Below are positions 1 through 9,414 of a stretch of 27,216 bases of DNA, one piece after another. The stretch is taken from positions 1 through 27,216 of the forward strand of contig CAYFXC010000005.1 in assembly GCA_964347045.1 (NCBI GenBank), given 5' to 3'. The DNA is from an uncultured archaeon (GTDB lineage Archaea; Asgardarchaeota; Hermodarchaeia; Hermodarchaeales; Hermodarchaeaceae). Within the stretch, counting starts at the first letter, position 1; each line of letters begins with the position of its first letter. The translations under genes were made by a program, and so were the position numbers. The notes under the pieces are model-generated. The model had not been told where the DNA came from, ran no database searches, and saw only the letters and a program-made list of their open reading frames with translations.

Positions 1-451
1 AGGTACTTATGCCTAATAACTCCCATGCTGCGAATAGGATGATGAGATCATTAGCTAAAGACACCAGCATCATCCCGAGTAATGCTAGCGGAAGCAGTGA
101 ATAGTATGCTTCTTGATTTGGGTTGTCTTCAAGATACTTTATAGATGAAATTGTTACCCAATACCCAATTGCAATAAAAAGTATGACAAAAAAAAGAGCG
201 AAAGAATCCCAGGATAGAACATTTGAAAAAAGATAGGTTTCACTCGGGGGCGGCCATCGAAATGGGAGAATTAGTAATAAAACAGTTAAATTTACTAGGA
301 GCCAGTAGGAAGTAATCTCACGCTTCAATAATCGTTTCCCAATTCTATTAATTGCAGGACTAATCATACCAAAAAAAGCAAAAATAGCTAAAGGAATCAA
401 AGGTTCTCCAAGTAGAGATAGAAACCAATTGGCAAGTTCGAATATCTGCAT
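1..451 (-). CDS. nuoN: Complex I-like subunit N (antiporter-like), 5' part; runs off the window edge
   Basis: Not in the ORF track. Manual translation from the ATG at 451, directly after the nuoM TAG (452-454), gives MQIFELANWFLSLLGEPLIPLAIF...DSFALFFVILF...EAYYSLLPLALLGMMLVSLANDLIILFAAWELLGIST, open to position 1. It is hydrophobic, has the NuoN-type 'NDL...WEL' TM5 Glu motif, and follows nuoM. Confidence 0.85.
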   Translation of the reverse strand, partial: MQIFELANWFLSLLGEPLIPLAIFAFFGMISPAINRIGKRLLKREITSYWLLVNLTVLLLILPFRWPPPSETYLFSNVLSWDSFALFFVILFIAIGYWVTISSIKYLEDNPNQEAYYSLLPLALLGMMLVSLANDLIILFAAWELLGIST

Positions 452-1915
452 CTAAGGACCTCCTGTTGGTAGCAATTGTAGACATGCTGGAGTTATTCTA
501 TCCACCATCATCGCTGGAAATAAACCCAAAAGAATGATGGGCAAAATAAGAAGGACTGCTCCAAAGATTTCTACGCCCTTTGCACGTTTCATAGAGGCGC
601 CAGGTAATGGGTCACTGAGAATTGTCCGGTCAATTGTCCAAATGAAATATGCTGAAACAAGTCCTGGTGATAAAACAACTATCGCCATTAATGGATAGAT
701 GGTGATGGTTGCGGTGATAATCATGAATTCACTGACAAAATTCGAAAGAAAAGGCAATCCCATTGCTGCAAAAGAACCAAAGACAAATAATCCAGATGTC
801 AATGGCATATGGGTTCCCATGCCTGAAAGTTTGTCAATGGCTCTGGAACCTGCATTTTCCTTAATAATCCCTGAAAGCAGAAATAGGAGGCCAATCGCAC
901 AAGCGTGGTTAAACATTTGAAAAACGGCACCAGATATGCCAATTAAACTGCCCGAAAAGGTACCTAATAGGACGAATCCCATGTGATTGATACTTGTTAA
1001 AGCAATCATCCGTTTCATATCACGTTGAATTAGTGCCACAAAGGCACCATAGAATATTGTAAAGATAGCTAATATCATGAAAACCAATGAGAAAGCAATT
1101 GAAACTTCTCCGAACAAAGTTAGGTTAATTCTTAGGAATCCATATCCTCCCATCTTTAGAAGGACTCCCGCGAGAAGTACACTGATTGGTGCTGGTGCTT
1201 CCACATGTGCATCTGGTAGCCATGTATGAAGGGGAACAACAGGTAGTTTTACAGCAAAGCCTAGAAATGTCATGGTCATTGCAATAAATTGTACGGAGAT
1301 CGGTAGTGAGGTTTGCATGAGAGTAACCAGGTCAAACGTATGCGGTGATACACTGAGATAGATTACAATAAAGCCAAGAAGCATGATAGCGCTTCCGACA
1401 TGTGTGAAGATAAGAAACTTCATTGCCGCATACCGCCGATTCGTTCCTCCCCAGACACCAATGAGAACGAACATTGGAATTAGGACTAGTTCCCAAAATA
1501 TGAAAAACACAGCTAAATTAAGCGAAATAAAAACACCAATTAAACCTACTTCGAGAAGCAATAATGTACCATAATACTCCGAGATATTTTCAGTAATTAA
1601 TGTATTAGATCCGATGGCGGCGACCATGGTTAATAGAGTCGTGGCTAAAAGAAGTGGAAAGCTGATCCCATCAACACCAAGTTGAAAAGTAATTCCGATT
1701 GTCTCTGCCCACGATATATTTTCAAGAAATGAAAAACCTGTTTGGGATGGATTAAACCATAACCAAAGAAGAGCTGAAAATACGAATAGTATTGTTGGAA
1801 ATCCAATACCGAGAATTTTAGCAACTCGTAAGTTTAATCGTCCGACGGTGTAGGTTAGAAGTGAACCTATTAACGCTCCGAGTAAAAGCCATGTTAAAGG
1901 TGATAGTATTAGCAA
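452..1915 (-). CDS. nuoM: Complex I-like subunit M (canonical copy, 'M3')
   Basis: LGVDGIS, FWELVLIP (TM5 Glu), AVKLPVVPLHTWLPDAHVEAP (TM7 Lys), LLKMGGYG (TM8 Lys), FVSEF (TM12 Glu). TTG start with GAGG upstream. Confidence 0.93.
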   Translation of the reverse strand: MLILSPLTWLLLGALIGSLLTYTVGRLNLRVAKILGIGFPTILFVFSALLWLWFNPSQTGFSFLENISWAETIGITFQLGVDGISFPLLLATTLLTMVAAIGSNTLITENISEYYGTLLLLEVGLIGVFISLNLAVFFIFWELVLIPMFVLIGVWGGTNRRYAAMKFLIFTHVGSAIMLLGFIVIYLSVSPHTFDLVTLMQTSLPISVQFIAMTMTFLGFAVKLPVVPLHTWLPDAHVEAPAPISVLLAGVLLKMGGYGFLRINLTLFGEVSIAFSLVFMILAIFTIFYGAFVALIQRDMKRMIALTSINHMGFVLLGTFSGSLIGISGAVFQMFNHACAIGLLFLLSGIIKENAGSRAIDKLSGMGTHMPLTSGLFVFGSFAAMGLPFLSNFVSEFMIITATITIYPLMAIVVLSPGLVSAYFIWTIDRTILSDPLPGASMKRAKGVEIFGAVLLILPIILLGLFPAMMVDRITPACLQLLPTGGP

Positions 1916-1925
1916 TGCCTCGACC

Positions 1926-3977
1926 TCATATCCAAAATTGAGCTATTATGAAAATAATGAACGCAATAATTCCCAAAATGAAAGCAACAACATAATTCTC
2001 GATAATCCCAGTTTGTAATTTACGAATCAAGTTGGATGTTTTTTTTCCAAGTAAGGCGATAGAATTGATTGTTCGATCAACAACTTTGTCGTCGAAGAAT
2101 TGGCTTGCTTTCGATGAAAGAATTGTTAATTGTGCAAAAAGCGTGTTTATCCGTTCAAACCCTTGGTTTTCAAAGTAGTGATGAGCGCTTCTACTTCCTT
2201 GGATGGCTTGGGGAGAGAGAATATAGTGTGATCGGTCAATTGCGCCAATCTCAATCCTATTGAAGAGCGCATTGAAAAGCCAAAGCGAACCTTTGACAAA
2301 GATTTTGTCATAAAGAGCGTCAAAATAGTATCCATTGGTCAAAATTTTTTGAATGCCTTGTGTAAATTGACTCCTACCTATTCTCTCAGATGAGGGTTTG
2401 CGAGCTAAATAAACAATTGACACAGGAAATGCACCGATTATTAGAGCCGACAATGAAAGGAGAATGGGAATTAATTCGAATTCGAATAGGTGTTCGGTAT
2501 GAAGAAATAATCCCAGTAATCCAGAAGGTATGAGGAATCCAGAGAAACAAACGGTGCCTGCTAGTATTACAAGCGGAACAGTCATTGATTTAGGACTTTC
2601 ATGAACTCCTTGGGTTAGACTATTCGATCGGGGAACCCCTAAAAATACTAATATCAACCAGCGAAAGCTATAGGCCACTGTAAAGACTGAGGCAAGCCAG
2701 ACCATCATTAATGGAATGTAGGCTTCTGTATGCCATACTGCTGCGAAGATGAGATCTTTACTCCAAAAACCGTTAAGCGGAGGCACTCCTGACAAAGCCA
2801 GTATTCCAATAATACTTGTAGCGAAAGTTATCGGCATTTTTTGTCGCAGACCCCCCATTTGAGTAATATCAGATGTTCCTATTGCGTGTAAAACGGAACC
2901 TGCACATAGAAAGAGAAGTGCCTTAAACAATGCATGACTGAGAACATGAGCCTGACCAGCGAACCAGCCAAACGAAGATCCGATGCCTAGCCCCGTTAGA
3001 ATTAGACCTAATTGGCTTATTGTTGAATAGGCGAAAACGCGTTTTAAGTCATTGGAGGCTAAAGCCATGGTCGCAGTGAGCAGGGCAGTTATTGCACCCA
3101 CATAGATTGCTGTGGTAAGCCAGATTTCGATATTTTGGAAGATTACAAACGTACGACTAACTAGATAGATGCCTGCTTTAACCATGGTTGCCGCATGGAT
3201 TAGTGCGCTAACCGTACTGGGACCCTCCATCGCATCTGGTAACCAGACATGAAATGGAACTTGCGCTGATTTGCCCATAGCGCCTCCGAGAGTGAGAAGA
3301 GAAACCAGGCCTAGTGATTGTAATCCAATTTGCCCAAATTGCACAGCTTCATGCAAGTACAAGAAATCGAAAGAGCCAGTTAGAGTGAACAAGAAGATTA
3401 TGCCAATCAATAATGAAATGTCACCTATACGAGTGACAACGAATGCCTTCATTCCTGCTCGGGCTGCGGATGCTTTTTGATACCAGAAACCAATGAGTGC
3501 ATAAGAACACACTCCCACTACTTCCCAGAAAATAAAGAGTTGTAAAAAATTGTCAGCAAGAACTAGCCCAACCATGGCTCCAATAAAAAGTAAAATCAAG
3601 GCATAATAGCGAGTTTGGGCTTTGTCCTGGTGCATGTATCCTATCGAGTAGAATATAATTAGCAAGCCTATGATTATGGCTATATTAGCCATAAATACGC
3701 TCAGTGGATCAGCTAGCACTCCTATGAAAAGACCAGGTGGTGATGGAGGCGAAATTGGTTGGATAAGGGAAATTGGAATCCAAAGATATTGTTCATGGAT
3801 TGGAATTGTTTGATATAGAATATCAGGAATTAATGATATTGAGAAGAGTGCTGTGATCACACCAAAGACGATGGCCAATGTTTTTGGTAACTCCTGGTGA
3901 AGTCTACCAATAATAGTGATTAATAGTGAACCTAGTATAGGAATGAGCCAAACTAACCAAAGAGCAAAGGGGAGCAC
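1926..3977 (-). CDS. nuoL: Complex I-like subunit L with elongated C-terminal lateral helix
   Basis: FWEVVGVCSYALIGFWY, AFVVTRIGD, GKSAQVPFHVWLPDAMEGPSTVSALIHAATMVKAG, GFWSKDLI (TM12 Lys), YYFD...QTG lateral helix plus terminal TM. GTG start after GGAGGT. Confidence 0.95.
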   Translation of the reverse strand: MLPFALWLVWLIPILGSLLITIIGRLHQELPKTLAIVFGVITALFSISLIPDILYQTIPIHEQYLWIPISLIQPISPPSPPGLFIGVLADPLSVFMANIAIIIGLLIIFYSIGYMHQDKAQTRYYALILLFIGAMVGLVLADNFLQLFIFWEVVGVCSYALIGFWYQKASAARAGMKAFVVTRIGDISLLIGIIFLFTLTGSFDFLYLHEAVQFGQIGLQSLGLVSLLTLGGAMGKSAQVPFHVWLPDAMEGPSTVSALIHAATMVKAGIYLVSRTFVIFQNIEIWLTTAIYVGAITALLTATMALASNDLKRVFAYSTISQLGLILTGLGIGSSFGWFAGQAHVLSHALFKALLFLCAGSVLHAIGTSDITQMGGLRQKMPITFATSIIGILALSGVPPLNGFWSKDLIFAAVWHTEAYIPLMMVWLASVFTVAYSFRWLILVFLGVPRSNSLTQGVHESPKSMTVPLVILAGTVCFSGFLIPSGLLGLFLHTEHLFEFELIPILLSLSALIIGAFPVSIVYLARKPSSERIGRSQFTQGIQKILTNGYYFDALYDKIFVKGSLWLFNALFNRIEIGAIDRSHYILSPQAIQGSRSAHHYFENQGFERINTLFAQLTILSSKASQFFDDKVVDRTINSIALLGKKTSNLIRKLQTGIIENYVVAFILGIIAFIIFIIAQFWI

Positions 3978-5579
3978 TCAAAGACCTCCTAAGAGCGTTA
4001 GTATAAGTTGCTGTGCAAATGGGTAAATGACTTGTAAAATGAGCCATGGGAAGATACCGAGAAAAACGACTAGAAAAGCTACCAGAAGCATAGGTCCTGT
4101 CATTATGGTTGGTGATTCATGAACATCCTCGAAAAGGCGAGGAATGCCCTCAGGTGGGATTTCTAGCCCCTTTTTGTAGCGTTCAAAAAGTTCGTCTAGT
4201 GCTTCGGAGGGTGGTCCGAAAAAGATACGTCGAATTGTCCATAGATAATAAGCTGCTGTTAGAGCCGTTGAAGCGATTCCTACTACTCCTATGATAATGA
4301 ACCATGGATTAAGGATACTTGCCTGAAAGACTCCTAAGAAAATGAGAACCTCACTGGCGAAGGTTCCCATTGGAGGCGTTCCTGCTATCGCTAATGCCCC
4401 AACAAGACCAATTGTCGCTGTTACAGGCATCTTTACAGCGACCCCGCCCAATTTATTGATGTATTTAGTTCCTGCTGAGTGAACAAGGGATCCTGCACAA
4501 TACAATAAAATACCTTTTGCGAAGCCATGGGTTATTACATGAAAAAGACTACCTGCAATGCCGATTTCAGTCATCGTACTGAGACCTAGAAGAATATACC
4601 CGATTTGATTTGCTGAGCTGTAAGCTAGGACTCGTTTGAAATCAACTTGTACAAGTGCCATTGCTGCTCCCCAGATCATTGTGGTCAGTGCAAGAACTGC
4701 AAGTAGAAAGTTGCTCCTCAAAATGACTTCTGGAAAGAAAAAGTACGAAATTCGTACAAAGCCGTACGCGCCAGTCTTAATCATTACTGCGCTAAGAAGT
4801 GCATGGATCGGAACGGGGGCTTCTCCATGAAAATCAGGAAGCCAAGAATGAAGGGGAACAATTGCCATTTTCACAAAAAAGCCTACAGACATTAGGAAGC
4901 AAATGCTTTGTACAATCAAAACCCCGCTCGTACTAATTAGCGCAAACTGACTGGGCAAATCGTAGATGTCAAATGTTTGGGTTAAGCCAAAGGTCCATGC
5001 GATGCCTGCTAAAAGACAAAGTGCACCAACAACTACATAGAGAATGTATTTGAGTCCAATTGTCTTTGCACGTGGGGTTCCCCAATTTGATACCAAAAAG
5101 TAAGCCGGAATGTTCATACCCTCGAAGAAAATGAAGAACTGAATCAAATTTGTCGATAGAGTAACACCTACCATTCCCACTGCAAACAAAAGCAGCAAAA
5201 AGTAATACATAGCAAAATCATGCTTTTCCTTAATGTATTCGATGCTGTAGATGGATGAAATGGTGGCTAGACCCAAAATCGCGAGTGAGAGGGGTAGGCT
5301 CAGGAAGTCTGAGAGTAGGGAGAAACCTACTGTTAAAGACCCAATTGAAAACCATGGATACTCTTCATGTAATGGCTGTCCGGTGATGAGTACCTGGTTA
5401 AAGACGATTAATAAAAGGAAGAATGATGTGCCTAGTGCCAGTGAAGAAAAGATACCTGCACTTTTCCGGTCGAGTGGCTTCCCAAAGATTACTGTAGCCA
5501 AGATGATTAGAGCAACGATTGTTGGCAGCAAAAGTGCAAAAAGCATTAAAGGTGTTGTCGAAGGTGTTCCGGGAAGCAA
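3978..5579 (-). CDS. nuoM: Additional NuoM-type antiporter-like subunit ('M2')
   Basis: FFEGMNIP, FVKMAIVPLHSWLPDFHGEAP, MIKTGAYG, KRVLAYSS, FASEVLIF (TM12 Glu). Start re-called to the TTG at 5579, which follows GGAGGT and the previous stop. The track start at 5771 overlaps the upstream gene. Confidence 0.85.
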   Translation of the reverse strand: MLPGTPSTTPLMLFALLLPTIVALIILATVIFGKPLDRKSAGIFSSLALGTSFFLLLIVFNQVLITGQPLHEEYPWFSIGSLTVGFSLLSDFLSLPLSLAILGLATISSIYSIEYIKEKHDFAMYYFLLLLFAVGMVGVTLSTNLIQFFIFFEGMNIPAYFLVSNWGTPRAKTIGLKYILYVVVGALCLLAGIAWTFGLTQTFDIYDLPSQFALISTSGVLIVQSICFLMSVGFFVKMAIVPLHSWLPDFHGEAPVPIHALLSAVMIKTGAYGFVRISYFFFPEVILRSNFLLAVLALTTMIWGAAMALVQVDFKRVLAYSSANQIGYILLGLSTMTEIGIAGSLFHVITHGFAKGILLYCAGSLVHSAGTKYINKLGGVAVKMPVTATIGLVGALAIAGTPPMGTFASEVLIFLGVFQASILNPWFIIIGVVGIASTALTAAYYLWTIRRIFFGPPSEALDELFERYKKGLEIPPEGIPRLFEDVHESPTIMTGPMLLVAFLVVFLGIFPWLILQVIYPFAQQLILTLLGGL

Positions 5580-5581
5580 TT

Positions 5582-7108
5582 TTATGAACCTCCCAGGGTG
5601 AGCGTCATTATCCATTGAGAGATTGGATTGAGGACGAGATTGGGCCAAAATCCAAGGAGAATAGCAAGAAACGCGAGAAAGACAAGTGGGATCGTAAAGG
5701 ATAACGGTTGGTTTGTCGAATGTGATGAGGTTACACTTGAAGGAGCCACGAATAAGCGAAAAAGAAGCCACAACAGATAACTGAAGGTCAAAACAACCGA
5801 AAGAACGGCTGGAATAGCAATGATAATCGACCCCGGAACTGTGAAAACCCCGGCAAATATGAGAACTTCACTAACAAAGCCATTGAGTGGAGGTATGCCA
5901 GCTAAACCAAGTGATCCCACAAGTAAAGCCGAACTGGTTATTGGTATTCGGCGTCCAAAGCCACGTAAATCGTCTAATTTGGAAGTATTGGCTAGTTTAA
6001 TGAAAGATCCCGAACAAAGGAAAAGAAGACTCTTGAGAATCGCATGATTAACAATATGGAACGCAGCGCCACCTAGCCCGATAACCGAAACCGAAACAGC
6101 TCCCAGGAAAATGTAACCCGCTTGACTAATGCTTGAATAGGCGAGAAGTCGTTTTAGCTCAGATTGTCCTATTGCCAAATACCCGCCATATACTATTGAA
6201 ACAAATCCTATGAAGCTTAATGGTATAGTCCATAGAATCATTATAGATGGGAACCAACTAGAAATCGCTCGAACGAGTCCGTAGGCACCAATCTTTGCCA
6301 TTAAACCTGAGATAATTGCGGATACAGGAGTTGGTGTGTGTACGTATGTGTCAGGTAGCCAACTATGCAAAGGGACAAGACCTAGCTTTACACTAAATCC
6401 TAAAATCATGGCAATGGCTGCAAAACGTAATAGATCCGCAAATGTGCCTACATTCATTAGAGCGGTTGGCAGTTCTATCAAACTACTAGTACCTGCTAGC
6501 ACAACAACTTGAATAATGCCAATAAGCAGAAAAAGAGCTCCAATGTGAGTATATAGAAAGAATTTCAATCCAGTCTTTCTAACAGCAGCCCGTTCAATGC
6601 CTGGTTCGCTCCAAAAAATTAGTAGTAAAAAAGCAGGTATGAGAGTTAATTCCCAAAAAAGATAAAAGAAGAAAATATCTGCTGCAGCGAAGACACCTTG
6701 TGTTCCAACATAGAGAAGCAATAATTTTGCATAAAAGAAACCTGTTTTTTTATCTTCATCAATATATGCTCCGCCAAATAACAAAATGAGAAAAGTTACA
6801 ATTGCAGTTATAACCATTATGGGCAGACTTAGGCCATCCAGCATGAAACCAAATTGAATATTCAAAACAGAAAGCCAAGGCAAAATCTCTACAACTATTC
6901 TGCCACTTAGTATCTCACTACTTTGAACCAATAGGGCAATCAGAGAAAATAAAATAGCTATCATACTAGCAATCTGTGCACTCTTTCTTCCGCGTCGATT
7001 AAGTAAGAGAACCAATGGAATAGCAAAAGTGGGAATTAAAATCGATAGAGTGAGAGAATATGGCATTAGATAAAACTGAATAAATGCCCACAATATTTCT
7101 AATACCAA
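5582..7108 (-). CDS. nuoM: Additional NuoM-type antiporter-like subunit ('M1')
   Basis: FMLDGLS, FWELTLIP, SVKLGLVPLHSWLPDTY, MAKIGAYG, LKRLLAYSSISQAGY, FVSEVLIF (TM12 Glu). Confidence 0.85.
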   Translation of the reverse strand: MVLEILWAFIQFYLMPYSLTLSILIPTFAIPLVLLLNRRGRKSAQIASMIAILFSLIALLVQSSEILSGRIVVEILPWLSVLNIQFGFMLDGLSLPIMVITAIVTFLILLFGGAYIDEDKKTGFFYAKLLLLYVGTQGVFAAADIFFFYLFWELTLIPAFLLLIFWSEPGIERAAVRKTGLKFFLYTHIGALFLLIGIIQVVVLAGTSSLIELPTALMNVGTFADLLRFAAIAMILGFSVKLGLVPLHSWLPDTYVHTPTPVSAIISGLMAKIGAYGLVRAISSWFPSIMILWTIPLSFIGFVSIVYGGYLAIGQSELKRLLAYSSISQAGYIFLGAVSVSVIGLGGAAFHIVNHAILKSLLFLCSGSFIKLANTSKLDDLRGFGRRIPITSSALLVGSLGLAGIPPLNGFVSEVLIFAGVFTVPGSIIIAIPAVLSVVLTFSYLLWLLFRLFVAPSSVTSSHSTNQPLSFTIPLVFLAFLAILLGFWPNLVLNPISQWIMTLTLGGS

Positions 7109-7123
7109 ATTCTGAATTGGAAC

Positions 7124-7432
7124 TCACCCCTTTAATTTTCGAACTTCTCCAACGTCAATAGTTCGATGCACTCGTGAAACCAAGATCAAAATTGCAAGCC
7201 CAACGGCGGCTTCTGCTGCTGCAAATGCAATCGTGAATAGAACAATACTCTGCCCTGCTAAAGGGGAAGGGAGGTGAAATCTTGAAAAAGCCACCAAACT
7301 CAGATTCGCTGCATTCATCATTATCTCTGCACTGAACAGAATTCGCATAGCGTTGCGCTTACTCGCAAGACCATACATTCCAATGCAAAAAAGCACAATC
7401 GCGATTGTGAGATATATACCGAGTGTTGCCAT
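7124..7432 (-). CDS. nuoK: Complex I-like subunit K
   Basis: True start is the ATG at 7432, overlapping the nuoJ stop (TAATG). 102 aa with KRNAMRILFSAEIMMNAANL and AAAEAAVGLAI. Confidence 0.93.
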   Translation of the reverse strand: MATLGIYLTIAIVLFCIGMYGLASKRNAMRILFSAEIMMNAANLSLVAFSRFHLPSPLAGQSIVLFTIAFAAAEAAVGLAILILVSRVHRTIDVGEVRKLKG

Positions 7433-7944
7433 TAATCGGATTCCTCCTTCTTGATAAGTGTCAAGGCACCCATGAGCGCAGATGTAAGAATCAAACCTAA
7501 AATCAGTAGAGCCACTCCATACTCTTGAAAAATCAACAATGCCAGTTCTTCGATGGACCAACTCCAAGGCTGGGATGAAACCTCGAATAAGCCGGATGTA
7601 ACAAAAGATAGACTTACAAAAGTAAGGAGCATCGAAGTAATAACTAGGGGAACTGCCCACTCATATGTAGGGCGTTTGATTTGGTGTCTCCACTGCTCTA
7701 ACGGGACAACCATAATTGTAAACAGAATCAGAACGACAATAGCTCCTATGTACACAGAAATTTGCCACATTGCCACATATGTTGCCTCTAAAAGAATGAA
7801 AATCCCGGCAATTCCTAGAAACATGGCTCCCAGCGAAACTGTGCCATATACGATTTCTTTTGCTTCCAGTGATGTGATTGCAGCTGCAATGGTCAGAATT
7901 GCGATAATAACAAGAGTTAGATCAAGTAGAGAAAATTCAAGCAA
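7432..7944 (-). CDS. nuoJ: Complex I-like subunit J
   Basis: Five predicted TM segments, LEATYVAMWQISVYIGAIVVLILF motif, position between nuoI and nuoK. Confidence 0.9.
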   Translation of the reverse strand: MLEFSLLDLTLVIIAILTIAAAITSLEAKEIVYGTVSLGAMFLGIAGIFILLEATYVAMWQISVYIGAIVVLILFTIMVVPLEQWRHQIKRPTYEWAVPLVITSMLLTFVSLSFVTSGLFEVSSQPWSWSIEELALLIFQEYGVALLILGLILTSALMGALTLIKKEESD

Positions 7945-7948
7945 TGAT

Positions 7949-8371
7949 TTATTCTTCCCCTAAATTATTCGATTTAACGATGGTTTCATTCTTGAGATTT
8001 GGTTGCATTCCAAGCGCATCGGCCGAGTAAACTAAGGTCTCTATGTGCCTTGTTGATAGGTGGAAAAAGTTCGTATGTTCAAGTGCATTCTTAGGGCATT
8101 TATCCACACAAAATCCACAGAAGATGCAAAGCCCATAATCTATTTTTGGATATTTTTTCTTCTCGTCACTAGCTATCTCTTGCTCTATCATTTCGATTGC
8201 ATCGGCTGGACAGCTCTTAGCACAAAGCCCACAACTGATGCAAAGGTCCATGTGGAAAAGATGGCGCCCTCGGTATCGATTTGAAAGAAGAAGTTCTTGG
8301 GTTGGATATTTCACAGTAACTCTTCTTTTGAAGAAATTTTTGATTCCTGAATATGCAGCTCGAAAACTCAT
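7949..8371 (-). CDS. nuoI: Complex I-like subunit I (2x[4Fe-4S] ferredoxin-like)
   Basis: TVKYP...RYRGRH, CISCGLCAKSCP and CIFCGFCVDKCP. The ATG at 8371 overlaps the nuoH stop (TAATG). Confidence 0.93.
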   Translation of the reverse strand: MSFRAAYSGIKNFFKRRVTVKYPTQELLLSNRYRGRHLFHMDLCISCGLCAKSCPADAIEMIEQEIASDEKKKYPKIDYGLCIFCGFCVDKCPKNALEHTNFFHLSTRHIETLVYSADALGMQPNLKNETIVKSNNLGEE

Positions 8372-9411
8372 TACGGTAAGCCTCCAAAGATTGTCATTTT
8401 GAGAAAAATGGCGATGAATAGGTTCAAAATGGCTAGATACAACAATCGGTTCCATCCGATACGTAACATATCCGAAAGTCGTACACGGGGGAGAACGGCT
8501 CTGGGGAAAATGAGAAGAACTAATACAATTGATGTTTTGATAAAGAACCAGACAAATGGTGGGAGGAGATCTTGGACAATAGCAGGGACTATCCAGCCTC
8601 CCAGAAATAGGGTTGTAAAGAGCATTGCTCCAACATACAGCTTAAGGTACATGGATACCATTAGAATACCAAAATACATTCCTGAGTATTCGCTCATCCA
8701 ACCAGTTACAATTTCGGGTTCTGCTTCTGGTAAGTCAAATGGCACACGTTCAATCTCGGCTAATAGAGCTATGAAAAATGCAATTGCGCCTAACGGTTGT
8801 AATACTATTAACCAAAAGCCCGATTGAAAATTGACTATTTCAGTTAGATTCAACGTGTTCGCTAACATGACAAGACCAACGGTGGAAAGCCAAAAGGGAA
8901 CTTCGTAGGCGATTTGTTGAAAGAGGGCACGTAATCCTCCTAGGAAAGGATATGTGCTATGGCTTGCCCATGCAATGATTACAGCCATGGTGGGATAAAT
9001 TGCCATTATAGCGAAAATAAAAAGAAGGCCAAACTCTAAATTTGAAATTACTAGACCAGGACCTACAGGAATAATCGTGACGGTGGTTGCGGCAAGAGTC
9101 AGGGCAATTATAGGGGCGATTTGGAAGAGTTTTTTGTCTGCGCGGTCAGGAATAATTGGTTCTTTAAACATGAGCTTCATAAAGTCTGCAACAGGTTGCA
9201 GGATACCACCAACCTTCCCAGCATATTGGGGACCCACACGGAGTTGAACCTTAGCCATGAATTTTCGTTCAAACCAAATGATTACCGCTGAAGCCAGCAG
9301 CATTGTAATCATTCCTGGAAAGATTACGATTTTTAGAAAAAGCTCTGAAGTGAGAAATGTCATGAGCGTCCAAAACAGGTTGTTGATGAATTCCAGAGGG
9401 TTCACTATCAA
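8371..9411 (-). CDS. nuoH: Complex I-like subunit H
   Basis: WFERKFMAKVQLRVGP, GILQPVADFMKLMFKE, AEIERVPFDLPEAEPEIVTGWMSEYSG, PRVR. Confidence 0.95.
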   Translation of the reverse strand: MIVNPLEFINNLFWTLMTFLTSELFLKIVIFPGMITMLLASAVIIWFERKFMAKVQLRVGPQYAGKVGGILQPVADFMKLMFKEPIIPDRADKKLFQIAPIIALTLAATTVTIIPVGPGLVISNLEFGLLFIFAIMAIYPTMAVIIAWASHSTYPFLGGLRALFQQIAYEVPFWLSTVGLVMLANTLNLTEIVNFQSGFWLIVLQPLGAIAFFIALLAEIERVPFDLPEAEPEIVTGWMSEYSGMYFGILMVSMYLKLYVGAMLFTTLFLGGWIVPAIVQDLLPPFVWFFIKTSIVLVLLIFPRAVLPRVRLSDMLRIGWNRLLYLAILNLFIAIFLKMTIFGGLP

Positions 9412-9414
9412 TCA

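Noticed and set aside
3978-7108. Stand-alone Mrp Na+/H+ antiporter inserted in the operon
   Set aside because: No MrpB/E/F/G-like genes are in the window. The subunits are translationally coupled between nuoK and nuoL, and the NuoL helix extension accounts for them.
5580-8455. Long N-terminal extensions in track ORFs 3978..5771, 7124..7660 and 7949..8455
   Set aside because: They overlap upstream genes and are non-homologous. Better starts with RBS or stop-start coupling exist at 5579, 7432 and 8371.
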